From assembly GCF_964204645.1 (NCBI RefSeq), contig NC_134029.1, forward strand, positions 22,438,950 to 22,502,949: 64,000 nt of DNA, read 5' to 3'. The translations under genes and the position numbers were made by a program. The DNA is from Tubulanus polymorphus (taxonomy: Eukaryota; Animalia; Nemertea). The notes beneath the pieces are model-generated. The model was not told where the DNA came from and ran no database searches. It was given only the letters and a program-made list of their open reading frames with translations. Positions within the stretch are counted from its first letter, which is position 1. The number at the start of each line of letters is the position of its first letter. Shown piece after piece: positions 1-13,946 of this stretch.

Positions 1-326
1 CAACCGAGGTCGATATCTGAATATCAACGACGAGTAGATATAGGTTCGATAAAATATGGCGCTACTGTTATTAATTGGCATAAAATGATCTGAATCGCGA
101 GGCAGCGAAAGCCGGGATATTAATTGGTCGATCTGTATCTAGAAAAATGGTGTATTTGCACCGAGAGGCGAAATCTTACTGTAATGATGTCATTAGTTAC
201 AGCTAGAAAAATAGAAAGAGCATTGATTAATGTCCGCGTGACAGTCATTTGTTTCAGACATTGGAAATGTTTTAGACTTGACCTAGTTTCGAAGGTTTCG
301 AAGACATGCCTGCTTGATTTATCATA

Positions 327-614
327 AGCCACACATAAGTTCAAACTGGTGGCCCATTTGGTCCATTCCATTGAGAATGGTCCAATTTAGCTCAAAAGGG
401 CCATTCTTAATTTTAGAATGGACCATTTCTCAGTGGGAATAGAAACTTTGCTTGTCTGTCAATCATAGTGTTGCATCTAGCTGGACCAGTGAAAACAGCT
501 GATTTAAAAACATGTATGAACGCACAACATTGATTTGGTCCATTCTATATTGGTCCATTCTTGGTGCAGGCTAGAAATTAGAGTGGACTAACTGGCGATA
601 GTGTGAACGTGGCT
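327..614. mobile_element. MITE family C copy, left end degenerate
   Basis: Right end AGTGTGAACGTGGCT and repeated TTGGTCCATTC motifs. Confidence 0.45.
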
Positions 615-693
615 CACTAAGTCATCATCACATTTAGTACATCTGAAATGCTCTATCCCATTATATCTACCATCCAGCTGTTTGGTTGGTATA

Positions 694-1107
694 TATAGAC
701 AGTATGGAGGGTGGTATAGACAGTATAGAGGGTGGTATAGACAGTATAGAGGGGGATACAGACAGTATAGAGGGTGATATAGACAGTATAGAGGGTGGTA
801 TAGACAGTATAGAGGGTGGTATAGACAGTATAGAGGGTGGTATAGACAGTATAGAGGGTGGTATAGACAGTATAGAGGGGGATACAGACAGTATAGAGGG
901 TGATATAGACAGTATAGAGGGTGGTATAGACAGTATAGAGGGTGATACAGACAGTATAGAGGGTTGTATAGACAGTATAGAGGGTGGTATAGACAATATA
1001 GAGGGTGATACAGACAGTATGGAGTGTGATACAGACAGTATAGAGGGTGGTATAGACAGTATAGAGGGTGATATAGACAGTATAGAGGGTGATATAGACA
1101 GTATAGA
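694..1107. repeat. 21-bp minisatellite, about 20 copies (ATAGACAGTATAGAGGGTGGT)
   Basis: Direct tandem units visible. They give the repetitive ORFs (IDSIEGG)n and (LYCLYHP)n on opposite strands. Confidence 0.95.
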
Positions 1108-2899
1108 TGAGTTAAGACAAAGACTGCTGGTATAGCTGATCTGATTAACAGCACTGTTTCAGACCGAGCAATCTACCGCTGTATTCATCTAATGCTACTT
1201 GACTCGTGACTGTGGCTAACTAGCCGGCGGTCATTCGTAACTCTGTAATGACCGATCGCCGCTAAGTCAACAATATTGTCACTGACATTCATGGCAACAG
1301 CGATCGCTAAGCTGCTGTTTGTAACGGAGTTATCGAACCAACTGAATCAGTTTCCGAAACTTTTCTCGTTGAGGTGGCTCGAGATATTCTGAGGTCGTAT
1401 AAGTATCTTTCGCTCCGTGGTCTGATAAACCTAAGTATATTTATTACATGTAATTATAGATATGAAAATATGACGAAATCCGTGGTTTTTTGGCGAATGT
1501 TTACTTTTGATCAACATCCAATCAGGCTTAGATCGATGGATACTTATTTGATGGTTCGGTCGATTAGAATTTGCCCAATTACATATAATCTAAATGGACC
1601 GATATTTGGGTTATCGGTTGTCTGAGATCGGGAGTCTAATGAAAAAATGTCTCTATTACTATCGCGAAATATTTGATGAAGGAAATACCTCGGGAGCTCA
1701 GTTTGAATCTGGGTGCATTCAATCGACATCGCATCAAGGATTCTCTTAAATCTTGTTTTTAGCGCTGTAAGCTTTAAATAATTCACACGCTATTAGCATG
1801 ATCGGTAGAGACTTATGAGTGGGTATCATCATCGCTGTCGTCCTTGGAATGTCTCATAAATTCACTCGTACATCGCGTATTCGAGTCTGATGCGTCGAGG
1901 TACTCGGGTATTCGAGTGACGAACACGGCGCAATTTTCGATGAGCTTTCCGAGTGAAACAACGAAGGATTAGGCATTTTTTAGATACCTCGGATGACAGA
2001 TTTTAACGACGACGTTTCCAGTTTAGGAGGGAAGAAATTCTAAAAAGAAAACATTTTTTAAGTGACGTAAACCAGCGGACAAAATATCTCGGGAGAAGGG
2101 AAAATATTTCAAAAATATTTCAAAGAAATTCGGATGAAAATATTTATTTTAAACAGAATATGTATATAGTTGTGATTGCTCTCATTTGTCCGCAAGTTGC
2201 AAATTCCTTTCCCACGTCAATGCGTATCTGGCACACGGTCAAATATTTATATATCGACTTGAATGTGATGGATTTTCACTGGCGACAAATGTCACATTTC
2301 CAAAAGATCTTGGTTCATTGATTCAAAAATTGCCAGCGGCGTAAATCGCCGGATCCAAGCCTTAACTGGTATTTGATCGAAGATGCATTCTTTTCTCTAG
2401 TCTGCACTTCCAAACGTAGCCATTGACGTTATCGATGTGTTAACTAGAATAATAGATTTATGATATATTCTAGACAGACTAAAGTGTAATGACATTATTG
2501 AATTGTCTATTTATGGTGTTTTCGGTAAACGTAGTGTTTACGTCGAGAATAGATTTTTCGCTTTTTATCATTTGTAACAAGTGTTTATACGGTAGACAAT
2601 GGCTTTACTACGCGTGGTTTCATAACTCTGCCCTCGGGTATGAAATCATCCGATCGAGTTCCGATAATCAGTACGTCTGAATTAAATTTAGAACGTTTTC
2701 CGAATAGTAAACTTGATGTTAAACATAATTTCGTTAAAAAGAGGCGCACACTTCCATTTTTGGTAATAAATACATGCATAGTTTTCATTGAAAAATCTGC
2801 CAATCAGTTCTGATTTGGGTATTGAATAATGAGGAAGTGAGTGTTATCAGCCTCAGCCATTCAACATGTGGTTTGCTTCGTCTACAGGTTAGTTTCTTA

Positions 2900-3172
2900 A
2901 GCTGCATTCACGCTCTTGCTAGTAAGTCCGATTCTAATTTGGCCCATACCCGGAACGGACCAATTTGGAATGGACCAAATCGATGTTGTACGTTCATACA
3001 CGATCACTGGTCCAGCAATACGCAAATTTGTGATTGACAGGCAATTGAAGGAAAGTTTCTTTTCAAAGGGAGAAATAGTTAGTTCTGAAATTTCAATCAT
3101 ACCTAAATTGGTCTTTTTGGTCAGCCTAGATTGGCCCTTGAACTTTCTTAATAACATAGTGTGAACACGGCT
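2900..3172. mobile_element. MITE family C copy
   Basis: AGCTGCATTCACGCT ... AGTGTGAACACGGCT imperfect TIRs, with internal GGACCAATTTGGAATGGACC. Confidence 0.55.
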
Positions 3173-4488
3173 TTTATTTCATTCTCTCATTTGATTACAG
3201 AAAATTTTAAGTCGGTTTGATAAATTTATAGACCTCGGACAAGTTGACCTTTTCATACTTTCTTTCTGTGACATATCCATAATTCAAACGGCATTTAGGG
3301 ATAAAAATGGCAACTCTAAGAATGAGTGAACACACAAAGATTGGTCTAAAAATGCCACATTTTATAATGATCGTTACAATGATTGGTTGTTTGAACTGTG
3401 TGATCGATCTGATGTTTATTTGAACGGTCTTCATGCACTACGCATCGCTCTCGAAATCTAAACGACCATCTTAAAAAAGAGCTTAACTACATGACAGTAG
3501 TTTGTGATGAATCGGCGAATGGCAACTTCACAGGACGGCGAGATTGTGCTGTTGCATAAATGGTTATCATTTCAGTTTATTTGAAGTGATGGCAGAATGA
3601 GATTGGTTTAGAGATGACGACCTATGTCACGGTCTGTTAGTTAGGCTGGATGGAATTCTTATGCCGACGTGGCTGACACTTCCACCGCCTAGTATAACAA
3701 CCTACACTACTCTTCCATGATTCGTATGATTAGAATATCGGAATTGTTTCAGATGATTATCACAAAACTTTCAAATGTTTCCGTCGTTGTCCTTTATTCT
3801 TTAATAATTCAGAATTTTAATTTCCCTTTCAAAGTTTCTCTTCCACTTGAAATATGGAATACTTCACGAGACGAAATGAACAATGGTTCGTATTACGAAT
3901 GGCGTGATTCCGATTTCAACGAACATCGGGTTGAGTTCTTTCGATTAAAATCGCATGATTTTCATGTGATTAATTTCCTGAAATGATGCACGTCTTTAGA
4001 CATTCTATCTTGCCCCAGTACGTTATATCGTAGGCAGTTTTATCAGTGGCATTTCCAGAACAAATTGTCCTTCGGCGTTCGAAGGTAATGTCTCAACACG
4101 GGTTCCATTAACAAAAATCTGGAAATGTCTCCGCGTCCAGTGAAATAACGGAGGAAGTGAAACAGAAGACATTCCCAATAGCCGAAAGCCTTTGTAATTT
4201 GCCTCCTGAATGGATGCGTATTTTCTTTTTTCTTCAATCATCACCTGCCGTGTCAGTACTTACTGTAGCCGTATAAGGTTCATACATGCAGCTGCGTTTA
4301 GAAGGTTTCGGTTTATGAAGCGAGGATTATAATGATATACATAATCAGATTTTTCCTCTCACGCCGCCGTGCATCGGCTCAAAACATTCCCGATGTATCG
4401 CATTACTTCTTTACAGCGTGTCACCACTCACACGGTATTCGTACTCAGCAAATGGCTTTTTGGGACTGCTGAGGATTTGAATATACAA

Positions 4489-4778
4489 CTGGGTCGCCAG
4501 TTACCTGCAAATCGGGAAAACTCAGGGATTTTTCGCTCAAAAAGTCAAGAAATTTGTCAAGAAAAAGCTTAAAATCACGGAGAAATCTGTGGGATTTGTT
4601 GAGATTGTTAGATTTCCACCTAGAATCAAACAGTTTCCTTCTATGTCTGACCCATTTGACCGTGTTAAATGATTGAATTCTTAGCAGATCAAGTCTGGGA
4701 AAAGAATGTGCACGTCAGAGAATAGTCTGGGAATAGTCAGGAAGAGAAAGGCAAGTCAATTAAAAGTGGCCGTTCTGA
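4489..4778. mobile_element. Degenerate MITE-like element
   Basis: CTGGGTCGCCAGTT ... AAGTGGCCGTTCTG imperfect inverted ends, with repeated AGTCAGGGAA-like internal motifs. Confidence 0.35.
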
Positions 4779-7700
4779 AATGACTTTTTTTACAAAAAAT
4801 ATTCCAAACACAATTTTCCATGTGATGTTGAAGATGGCGTACACAACCTCAAATGGCTTCACATCTCACATCAAAGACTCGCTCGGCGGTTTGCGTCTGA
4901 GCTGAGGAAATAAAAATTGTAGCGATTAGAAAAATTGATGATGAGATTTCGCGATATTTCGTGTCGGGATTAGCGCGGTTTATAACCGACCGACGATCGG
5001 CGATCGCTTCATTCTTAGTTAGTGTCATCGGGTTTATATCGTTACATGATCGTAGCAGACAGTCTGGCATCTTCGCAAATACGCACTGATCGTTGAGTTT
5101 TTTCCACGCGAGCCCATCATAATCTCGGGTCTTAGGCATGTAATGTCATTCAGGAAATGATTATAGAGCTGACCGCCGACATAATTACGTAATAACTTCC
5201 TCCCTAAAGAAAATGTTTCTCATTTTTTTCTCATATTCAGCTATAACGTGTATGTACGCGGAGAAAGATGAAAAGTCACTGATTCTTATTAATATCTCAT
5301 CAAAGCGCGGATGAAAGGATCAAAGATCGGAATATGGAGAAATACTGTCGACGAAGAGCTTTTTTCTACGGTTTAAGAACTTTGCAAGCTGTGGATAGGA
5401 TCATCCCATCTTTGATACTTGACATTAATTTCGCTTTAGATGATGTCATACTAACCACTGATGAAACACTCTTTGCGTTGTAACGAACTAGGATAGAAAA
5501 AAGAATCTGAAAAGATTGATTTGCAACGTTTCGACTTTATCCTGATAAGCATCTTCAGGGTAAACGGAATGTTGAAAATAAATCATTTACTTAAAGCCCA
5601 AACGACCCAGGAAAACACGGAAACAGGAGACAGAAACATGTTTCCAAGCATTTCCATGTATGATGTGCATTTACGAGATACGAGACACGTTTCCGAAATC
5701 AGCACTGCTTGATTCCATGTTTCTCTGTTTACCTGTATTACGTGTGTCTCTACCTTTTCGTACTCTTGTTTCTTTCTTTCTATGTTATTACTAAAAGGAG
5801 GTATTTTCCGGATGTTTACAGTATCGCCCGCGCCGGCGGAGATTCAGCTCGTAAATGTTATCTACGATAGCAATCTTAATCAGAGTTTATTCAATGTTTA
5901 ACGTCGAGCATCTGTATCTATGCGAAATTATGAACGTTGTTTCGAACCGATTACGGACTATGATTGGTTTTCGTTGGAAACGGATTTATATCCAATTTCA
6001 GCGGGATGTTTTCAGCCGGGGCCGTTTTCCGTCCCAAAATAAATATATCGCGGAATCACGGTCGGTATTGGAAATAGATAGACGATGTAAGCGACCGGCT
6101 GTCGGGGGACAAAAAAACAAGCAACAAGGTGTAGGGAAAAACGACGTGGAATCGGCGGAATATTTCCCTGAAGGATTGCAGATTGATACCTGTTTCGAAG
6201 AACAACTCATTATCGAAGACAAAACCCGGAATGACGAAATAAAACTGATAGAGGATTTCGACATTTTGACTCAAATGCCATGAGCCGCTTTCAAAACATC
6301 TCTCGCCTCAGCAGCTTTTTACGTATCAGTTTAAACACATCCAACTCACGGAACATGATCACGGTATTGTCCGAAGTCATTTGGTGGACGTGCATTTTGG
6401 GACTTAAGTATCCATCTCATGCTCAACTCCTCCATGATATTGATGCATTCAATGCACTACACAAGACATTTCTGTTCAGTTTTGAGAATGAATCATAGCA
6501 TTTGAGTTTAAACGTCATAATCCTCTCATTAGTTGAAATTATTGATTATGGATTTTTTCGTCAATTCGAATAAGACAGTCAGTGTGTCTATAGTAAACAT
6601 TGCATCATGTTCACCAACTTTTCACGATTCAGCAGAATTACGTCAATCTGGGAAATGAATATTTCATGACATTATCGCCCATCCGTGCACCATTCTCATG
6701 AAAAATATAAACGCTTCAATTGGTTACTACCTTGACCATTGGTTCATCATACCAGAGAGGTTGGACCTCCGTGTGTTTGTACTAAACTCATTGATTCCGC
6801 ATGGGGTTTTCAGTTACAGTCGTAGTCGTACTCATGGCTATTCTCCAATTTCAGACAGTGACAGAATTAAAAACACCACGTTAAACATCGCTCATTAATA
6901 GCTGAACGAGGGAGGAATAGTCTCTCTCACATTCTGAATACTAATCAACAGCCCTTCCCTTCAGAAATTTAACTCAGTCGTGGATATCGCCGCTGATTTT
7001 GTGATGTTTGACTTGCGGATATTTTTCGTCCGTAAAATACGATGCTTGAAGAGATGCTCGAAGAAGACGGTGTATGTCGGTAAACTGGTTTGCCCATGAA
7101 ACGAGAGACCGAAGAAACATTATCCGTAGCTATAGGTCGTTGAGAATAACTACGTTTGCTGAAAGATAACATTCCCTTCTGGAAACTTCCAGCTCCCAAA
7201 CCAATCACGAAATCCACTATGTTGTGCTCAGGGTCTTTTTCGTATCCGAGTATATACAATGACGGGCCGCGTAGAGACAGTAGTTAAGTGTTGATAGATG
7301 TTGAAGAAGATGCTTTTCTCTCATTGCTCTTCTATTGACTTCATTGAGCAATTTCTCCATATTGACTAGGGAAAACTAGGTTATGGCTGAAAGATGGGCT
7401 AAATGGTCGTCGCTAATAGCGTCGCTGTTTGCCGCGGCGGTGCAGTGGTGTGCCGTGACCATTTTTCCTGATGAACAAACATCGATTTGACCAGTTTCCG
7501 ATTACGTACATAACATAATGAGATTGCGTCATCGGTTGTTGATATCGGAAAGTGTCTGAAGCTCTGAAGCTACGGACATGGCGCAGCGGTGGAGCGCGTG
7601 TCTACTGGTCGGTATTTTTGCCCACTGGCTTCCGCGTCGATGCGTTTAGCCTTGATTCGATTTGACGCCCGTTTATAAGCCTCGGTGCATTGAATGATGG

Positions 7701-10700
7701 CATCAAAGCCTACATTAATCACTTCATCGATGGATATTTCATGGGCGCAACGAGTTACATCGAGTGGCCATCGTAAATTTTACAATTTCACCGAAAATGA
7801 TTAACGAGACAGGTTTAGGAGCTGATGAGACGAATGATGTTTGTACGACGATGACCGCTGATGACCGTTTCGCCGGTGACCGTCACGTCCATCTTCCACG
7901 TCACGCCGCATTTTATTCACACTGATCTCGCTTATGATAATGTTTTCTGTTTGTCTCGGTGATTGTTTTTCTTTGGTCCGACGATAAGCCAGTTTTGCGT
8001 TTCACCGGTCGTGTTCAATCTGGCCGTTCGCTTGCTACGTTGTCATTTCTGGTCCCGACGCAATTACACGCTTGACTTCAGCGCGGGCGACGAGTTGATT
8101 TTTCACCTCGCGAACTTCATTTCATCCCGTGTCGATACCTTTGTAGAAAATCTGACATAGATGCGGACGCCGCGTTAGAATAAACAATGATTCGCTTTAT
8201 TCATTTCGTAGATGATCCTACGAAATTGGTGTCAGTACAAGGACATCGGTAATGTGATTGCTGTTGACCAATGTTACAGAGCCGACGAGGTGAAGGGCTT
8301 GCATGACTCGAATCGTAATGGCCGACAGCACGGCCCGCAGTTATCGCTGGTACGCTAACCGTATTAGTGCCTGTTTATGTTGTGTACCTCTCTCTGGCAC
8401 ATCATGCAGAAGATTCCTCGATGAGCATGTTATAGGCATCATCAACCAACATCACCATATTGAAATTGAGTGTCTTTGATATCAAAGCGATGGAACCACT
8501 GTCGTTGGCTAACAAGTGTTGCCGGTAGCCACGCAGTCAACGCGGCATTCTAGAGGACATCGCATTCCTCGTATGTCTATTCCACTCCTCAAAGATCGTA
8601 CAGGCTGGCAGATAACCGCGACAAAATCAATCATCTTCATGTTTGAATACTCGATGAACTTGTGCAGGACAATTCTCCACTCCATGAAGTACATTTAAAA
8701 AGAAAATCATCTATCATTTATGAATTTATTACTAGTTGTCTGGGAAGATTGTCAATATTGCTATTATTGCTGGATAAAGCGGAGGAGTTGGTTGCGTAAT
8801 AGAATGTCTGCGTATTCGTTTAATTAAAGATGCATCTCTGGCGGCGCTTAATTGATCTCTAATAGACATTGATAGATCTGAATCCTATAAACACTGATTT
8901 TATCTGTACGCAGTTTCCCCGTGTTATTTATCTACGAGCTTCATCAGTGAAACGTTCTTTGCATTTCGCTTGTCAGAAACAAGTTTTACCAGATTTACGC
9001 ATTGATCAGCGCCCATCTACATAAAATGATGAAAAGATATAATTCTACTATCAGTTTTCTATAAAAAGAACTCGCAGTGATTACTGATTTTGTAGTGTTT
9101 TTTTCCTGGTGAATGTTCTGTTGGTGTTTTTAGTGAATTCTTCGGTCTACAGTTCGCAGTTGGCGTTTCTCACAGCATCTTACCGATGTTCAACTGCTAG
9201 TCGTAATGTAAGCAACTGTCTCTAAGGTGTAAACACCGGTCTAAAACAAGGTGAAAACCTAATACCGACAACTAGTCTTTTTGTAACAGCATAAAAGTAA
9301 ACCAGTTGAAGATAAATTTCAGAATCTTGAAGAAGCAGCAACTACACAAGCACGATATAAACTATAAACTATAAACTACGAAATGAGCTTAACATATTCC
9401 ATGTTGTTTACATAATTCAAAGTTGTTAACATATTCTCCCTGGCGGTTCACTTCCAAGCAACTGTGGTTGCCTTTGCTCTCCAAATCAAAAATCGATCCC
9501 TTCCTAGAAATTCTTCACGTTTTGAAAACACCTCTATTTCCAAAGTCTATGGTAAAAATTCAATCTTTTACTAAGCAATCAAGAGGAGTATATACTACTT
9601 CTTAAATCATTGATTTAGCAAAGGCCTTCGAACTGACACTTTCTGCACTCAAAATATCTTGCACCTTTTTGATGGATAAAGAAACTAATACAGGACCCTT
9701 TTTGAAAATCACAGATATTACCCGAATTTTTACCCCATTTCGGGTGAACGCGGATGCATCCTGATAGGAACTAAACCGCCCAGGCGTATTCTATATTGTA
9801 GCTTCATCTCAGTCGTATTCTCTTCTTTTCATTTATGACGATAAACGGCTAGAATTACATTAGAAACCATTCGCAAAGATGATACATCATTAATTATTGA
9901 GTTTAAGATTGTATCATCGGTATAATTGTATTGACCTGTGGATGCGGGAGATATCTTCCATCCCAATCATTCTCAGATCAACCCGAAGATCTACGAACCG
10001 AATTGCTGAGTCATTTTCAATTATCTGCACTCGTATAAGACGCTCAATTTTGAAGTGTGTTCAGGGAGAATTCGTGCTTTTCTCCGAGAGATGCGACGAC
10101 CATCAGCATCAGATGAATCCGGTGTCTATTAGTTACAAATTGCTGACTCATAATCAATTTTAGAAGATGTTGCACACGCTGTTGTCGCTGTCGTCGAGGA
10201 CTGCAACATCTGATGATGTGCTGCAGCATGTATTTTTATGAAGTTATACAAGTTTGCGCGGAGTTTTGCCTGATTTAATTTTCGTTCCGCGCCTCGATAA
10301 TAGAGATAAACCGGTTTATTCATGACTCATCATGTTTTTTGCATTCTGATGCAGCTGAAGGTGTATTATCACACCGATAACTGTTGGACAGGTTTTCGAT
10401 GTTGCATCGATGTTTAATTCCGACTAACAAAAACATATTGACTGTTTTTCCAGCAGTTTTCCAGCGATATCCAGGCCTCGACGTTTTTCCAACGCTTTTA
10501 AGATACTATCAATTTCGTTGCTTTCCTCGAGTCTTTCAGCAGTTTTTCTAAGTCTTTCAGTAATCATGAATACTTTTGTACCGTTATCTCGGGTTCAGCC
10601 GACGCTCTCATGTCATGAAATCCTGGTCAAGTCGTTCTAACGACGACATTTAGAGTCGTCATGTCGTGGGGCAGTTGACCGATACAAGTGCAACATAATC

Positions 10701-10730
10701 TTCAAATTCTCTAACCTACACAGACGACAG

Positions 10731-10949
10731 TGAGTGAGTGTGAGAGAGGGAGAGAGAGGGAGGAAGAGAGAGAGAGAGAGGGGGAGGAGAATGAACCTAG
10801 AATAAGGGGAGGGAGGAAGGGAGTGGAATGGGAGGGGAGAGAGCAAGAAGTGAGGGAGGAAGAGGTAGGAGAGGCTGAGATAGGGAGAGGGGACAGAGAG
10901 CCTAGAGAAAGGAAGAGGGAGAGAGGAATGGGAGAGATGGAGAGGGAGC

Positions 10950-10980
<31 letters not shown>
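10731..10980. repeat. Polypurine (GA-rich) low-complexity tract followed by (TA)n
   Basis: About 220 bp almost entirely G/A on the + strand, then (TA)14. Confidence 0.9.
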
Positions 10981-10981
<1 letters not shown>

Positions 10982-11633
10982 CTTGTAGGATGTCAAGTAA
11001 TTTGTGACAGTAGTTTTTTCCGCCGGTGCTGTTTTCCCCCTGGATCAGATAAACGAGTTACAACAATCAACGACAACGCGTTCGATTCTGCTAGAAATGT
11101 TTACAGCTCATCTCCCCGTCGTCGTTGATAGACTCTACTGCCCGGGCGATGATGATGATGATGATGATGACGATGAAGATGATGCACACGTTCCTCTTTT
11201 TTATTTCTCTTCGACTCATTATCTAAGTCTAATTACGTAGTTGATTATGTATAATTGCCCGAGAGAACGAGTCGGATATAATCAACTGATTATTCGCAGG
11301 ATTTGGTAAGGTGCTGTCACGCGTGTGCGTAAACTACTGTGCACCACCCCGCAACCTGCACTGATTTAATTATTATCATCACCACAAATATAGACTCGCG
11401 CTGCGATTTACTTCTTGTACGGTGAAAATAATGAATCATAGCTTCAAAATCTGTATGCAATACATTGAAAGATGACAAACCCCAAAATTGTAAATGCCTG
11501 ATAAAATCCGTAGTACATATTGAATAGTAATACTGATGTTAATATTGTATTTCTTTTTTACATGAATTATTTTTCTTGGTTTTCTCTCAAATTGTGAATA
11601 TTACAATGTTGACCCTCTGCTGCACCAGCTATC

Positions 11634-11647
11634 CCGCTAGATGGCGC
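11634..11647 (+). promoter_or_regulatory. CTCF-like binding motif CCGCTAGATGGCGC
   Basis: Close match to the bilaterian CTCF core (CCRCYAGRKGGCGC). Motif match only, no binding evidence. Confidence 0.45.
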
Positions 11648-12207
11648 GCCTATCAATAGGACGATTCAATCGAAATCATTTTCGATGAACTTTCATCCAG
11701 ATTTTTAGCCTCCCGCATCACGTCTCCAGATAAACCTAGATGGATCCTTAGGGTTCATATGTAACACGATTTTCATTCATCATTTATAGAATTTAAGAAA
11801 TATTGGAGAGATTTTGTTTGAATGCGGGAAGAAATCCAGGCGTCGTTGTCTGAATGTATGCTAGCGACACCTAGTGCAATTTCAATTGCCACAGTCAAAC
11901 ATTTTGTCCCATCTTTATATTATCATGACGCATCAAAAAAATAAACATTGAGAATTGAAAGAGAACTGGATTGAATTCTGTAATTTCAACTTCAATATGA
12001 TACATAAAGGTATAAGGGAGCTGGAAGGTGTCAAATTAGAAATCAGATGAAACAAAAATCTTGATAGTTTGCACATTCTCGACTGGATTTTTTTTTCGAG
12101 AAACTAGAACCACTAGAACCCGACACATTTGTCCAGACGACGACGGCGTATAATGATATGAATATTTGATACTAGTAGAACTAAGAAGCTATCAGTTCTC
12201 AGCCGGC

Positions 12208-12252
12208 TACTGCTGTTGCTGCTGGTGCTGCTGCTGCTGCTGCTGTTGCTGC
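12208..12252. repeat. (CTG)n trinucleotide tract
   Basis: Imperfect TGC/CTG run. Confidence 0.85.
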
Positions 12253-13471
12253 TTATTCGCTGTTATAATCACTGATACTTGCCGGTCACCAAACGCACTG
12301 TTACACATCGCGTTGACATCGACAAAAATGAAGTTATCCCCGAGAGACAGATATCGATATATCGTTGAATAATCTCGCTACAGCCAGCGTCGTATTGGAT
12401 GCCATGTGGCACGGCTGAAGATGAAGTAATAAATAGGTTTTTGACTGAAACGTTCAATAACGCGATTCTTTATGCGCGTCGTTCTTTTTATCCGTAAACG
12501 ATTTACTTAGAATAGAAAATATGCCCGAATAATGACATGCGCTTCTAAAGACGACGCAAGATTTTTCGTTTTAAAGCAATTTCGTGAAGGGTTTTGTGAG
12601 AAGTGTTTCGCAGGTAGAATATTTTTTATGATAGGCCTATGTAGTATGGTAAAATCCCAGAAAAAAAGGAAATATGAGTTGGTAAAAGGTTTCCTAGTGC
12701 TAGTTCCCTTATGAACTAGTTCAAGGAAACCTTTTCGGAGTCATCTTTCTTTTTGTATATTGTACATTTTAACATTTCGTCGTTTCAACACGGATAGTGT
12801 TTCATCAAGATTATAATGACATGGTATATTCTATAGAATACGCAAGATCTTCATCATAAATAAGCTTTAAGGCAATTTTGATAAGGTCATTTTTTCCAGA
12901 GCTGATGATGCAAAATTTTCATTCTAAACGAGTTTAAAGGCAATTTCGATACGTGTTTTTGTCGGAGGCATTTCACATTTCAAAATCTGTCATCGTGAAA
13001 TTGTCCACGACTCCATGAACATGACATGGTGCGGTGACATGACAGTGACCTGTCACCATTTCTATCCCTAACGATGACACCAGCGCTAAGGATAAGTGGC
13101 TGATATGTTTCTAATCACGGGATAAGTAGCCATTGATTGATACAGTATCCTACGGCAACTTACGGGTCTGTAATATGCCTCCTCACTGCTCGGCGGTCGG
13201 TACATTTGTTTGCGCGGAATACATTACCACGGAGATGAAAGACCACGACCACTGCTGCTGTGGTACCGCGCACGTTTCCAACCACCACGGTTTCCTCCAG
13301 CAGCGAATATTTGTCCTGTCCTCCAGAATTCTTTTTGCAGATTGATAAACGCTTGCTTTCCAGATTTCTAATGGCAATCACTTTAGAAATCGAATTACGT
13401 TTCTAACCAACAGAACTTTGAATCTGTCTTTGTATACTTATTATAAATCACCTACCCTTAATAAGATGAAA

Positions 13472-13497
13472 TTTCTCTCTTATATTTTCAGGTAAGT
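13472..13497 (+). promoter_or_regulatory. Juxtaposed 3' and 5' splice sites (candidate recursive splice site, or a strong donor of an upstream exon)
   Basis: TTTCTCTCTTATATTTTCAG|GTAAGT: polypyrimidine tract and CAG immediately followed by a perfect donor consensus. Confidence 0.45.
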
Positions 13498-13870
13498 GTA
13501 ATATGAACGCGAGTGCTATGATGTCTAGAGGTGGTAGGTCTTTTCGAAATTATCATTTTAAATGTTGAACTCGAGTGGAGACCTGTTTCCACACCAGCTC
13601 CAGTGAACCCTGTTTAAATTGCTAGTGCGTGTGCATCCTGCGCGTAATTTTCGAACTAATGAAGTTGTGATTTCCTATTAGTAAATCGAAATCGAATGTG
13701 TGACAAGTCGAACCGTCGAAGGTTCAGGATAAAATCTTATCTGCGCGTCGCAGTGCAGCTCGGTCAGCGCAGCCAATATTGACCAGCCACGGCCATTGGT
13801 CAGGACCCGTGGGACCGCTAATAGGGTTAACGACTTCCACTCTCAACTCGACTGCCAGTGTATAGCATCG

Positions 13871-13872
<2 letters not shown>

Positions 13873-13944
<72 letters not shown>
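13873..13944. repeat. (TA)n microsatellite
   Basis: Perfect dinucleotide run. Confidence 0.95.

Positions 13945-13946
<2 letters not shown>

Noticed and set aside
588-1154. Repetitive proteins (IDSIEGG)n, (LYCLYHP)n and (SILSIPP)n
   Set aside because: These are by-products of a 21-bp minisatellite that is open in several frames on both strands. No splice or homology support.
5855-6283. 142-aa ORF with an acidic C-terminal part as a coding exon
   Set aside because: No recognisable domain, it ends in a stop, and I could not link it to other exons. Left unannotated, though not excluded.
11291-11311. Possible 6-nt microexon CAG|GATTTG|GTAAGG
   Set aside because: No proper polypyrimidine tract, and no flanking exons to place it in frame.
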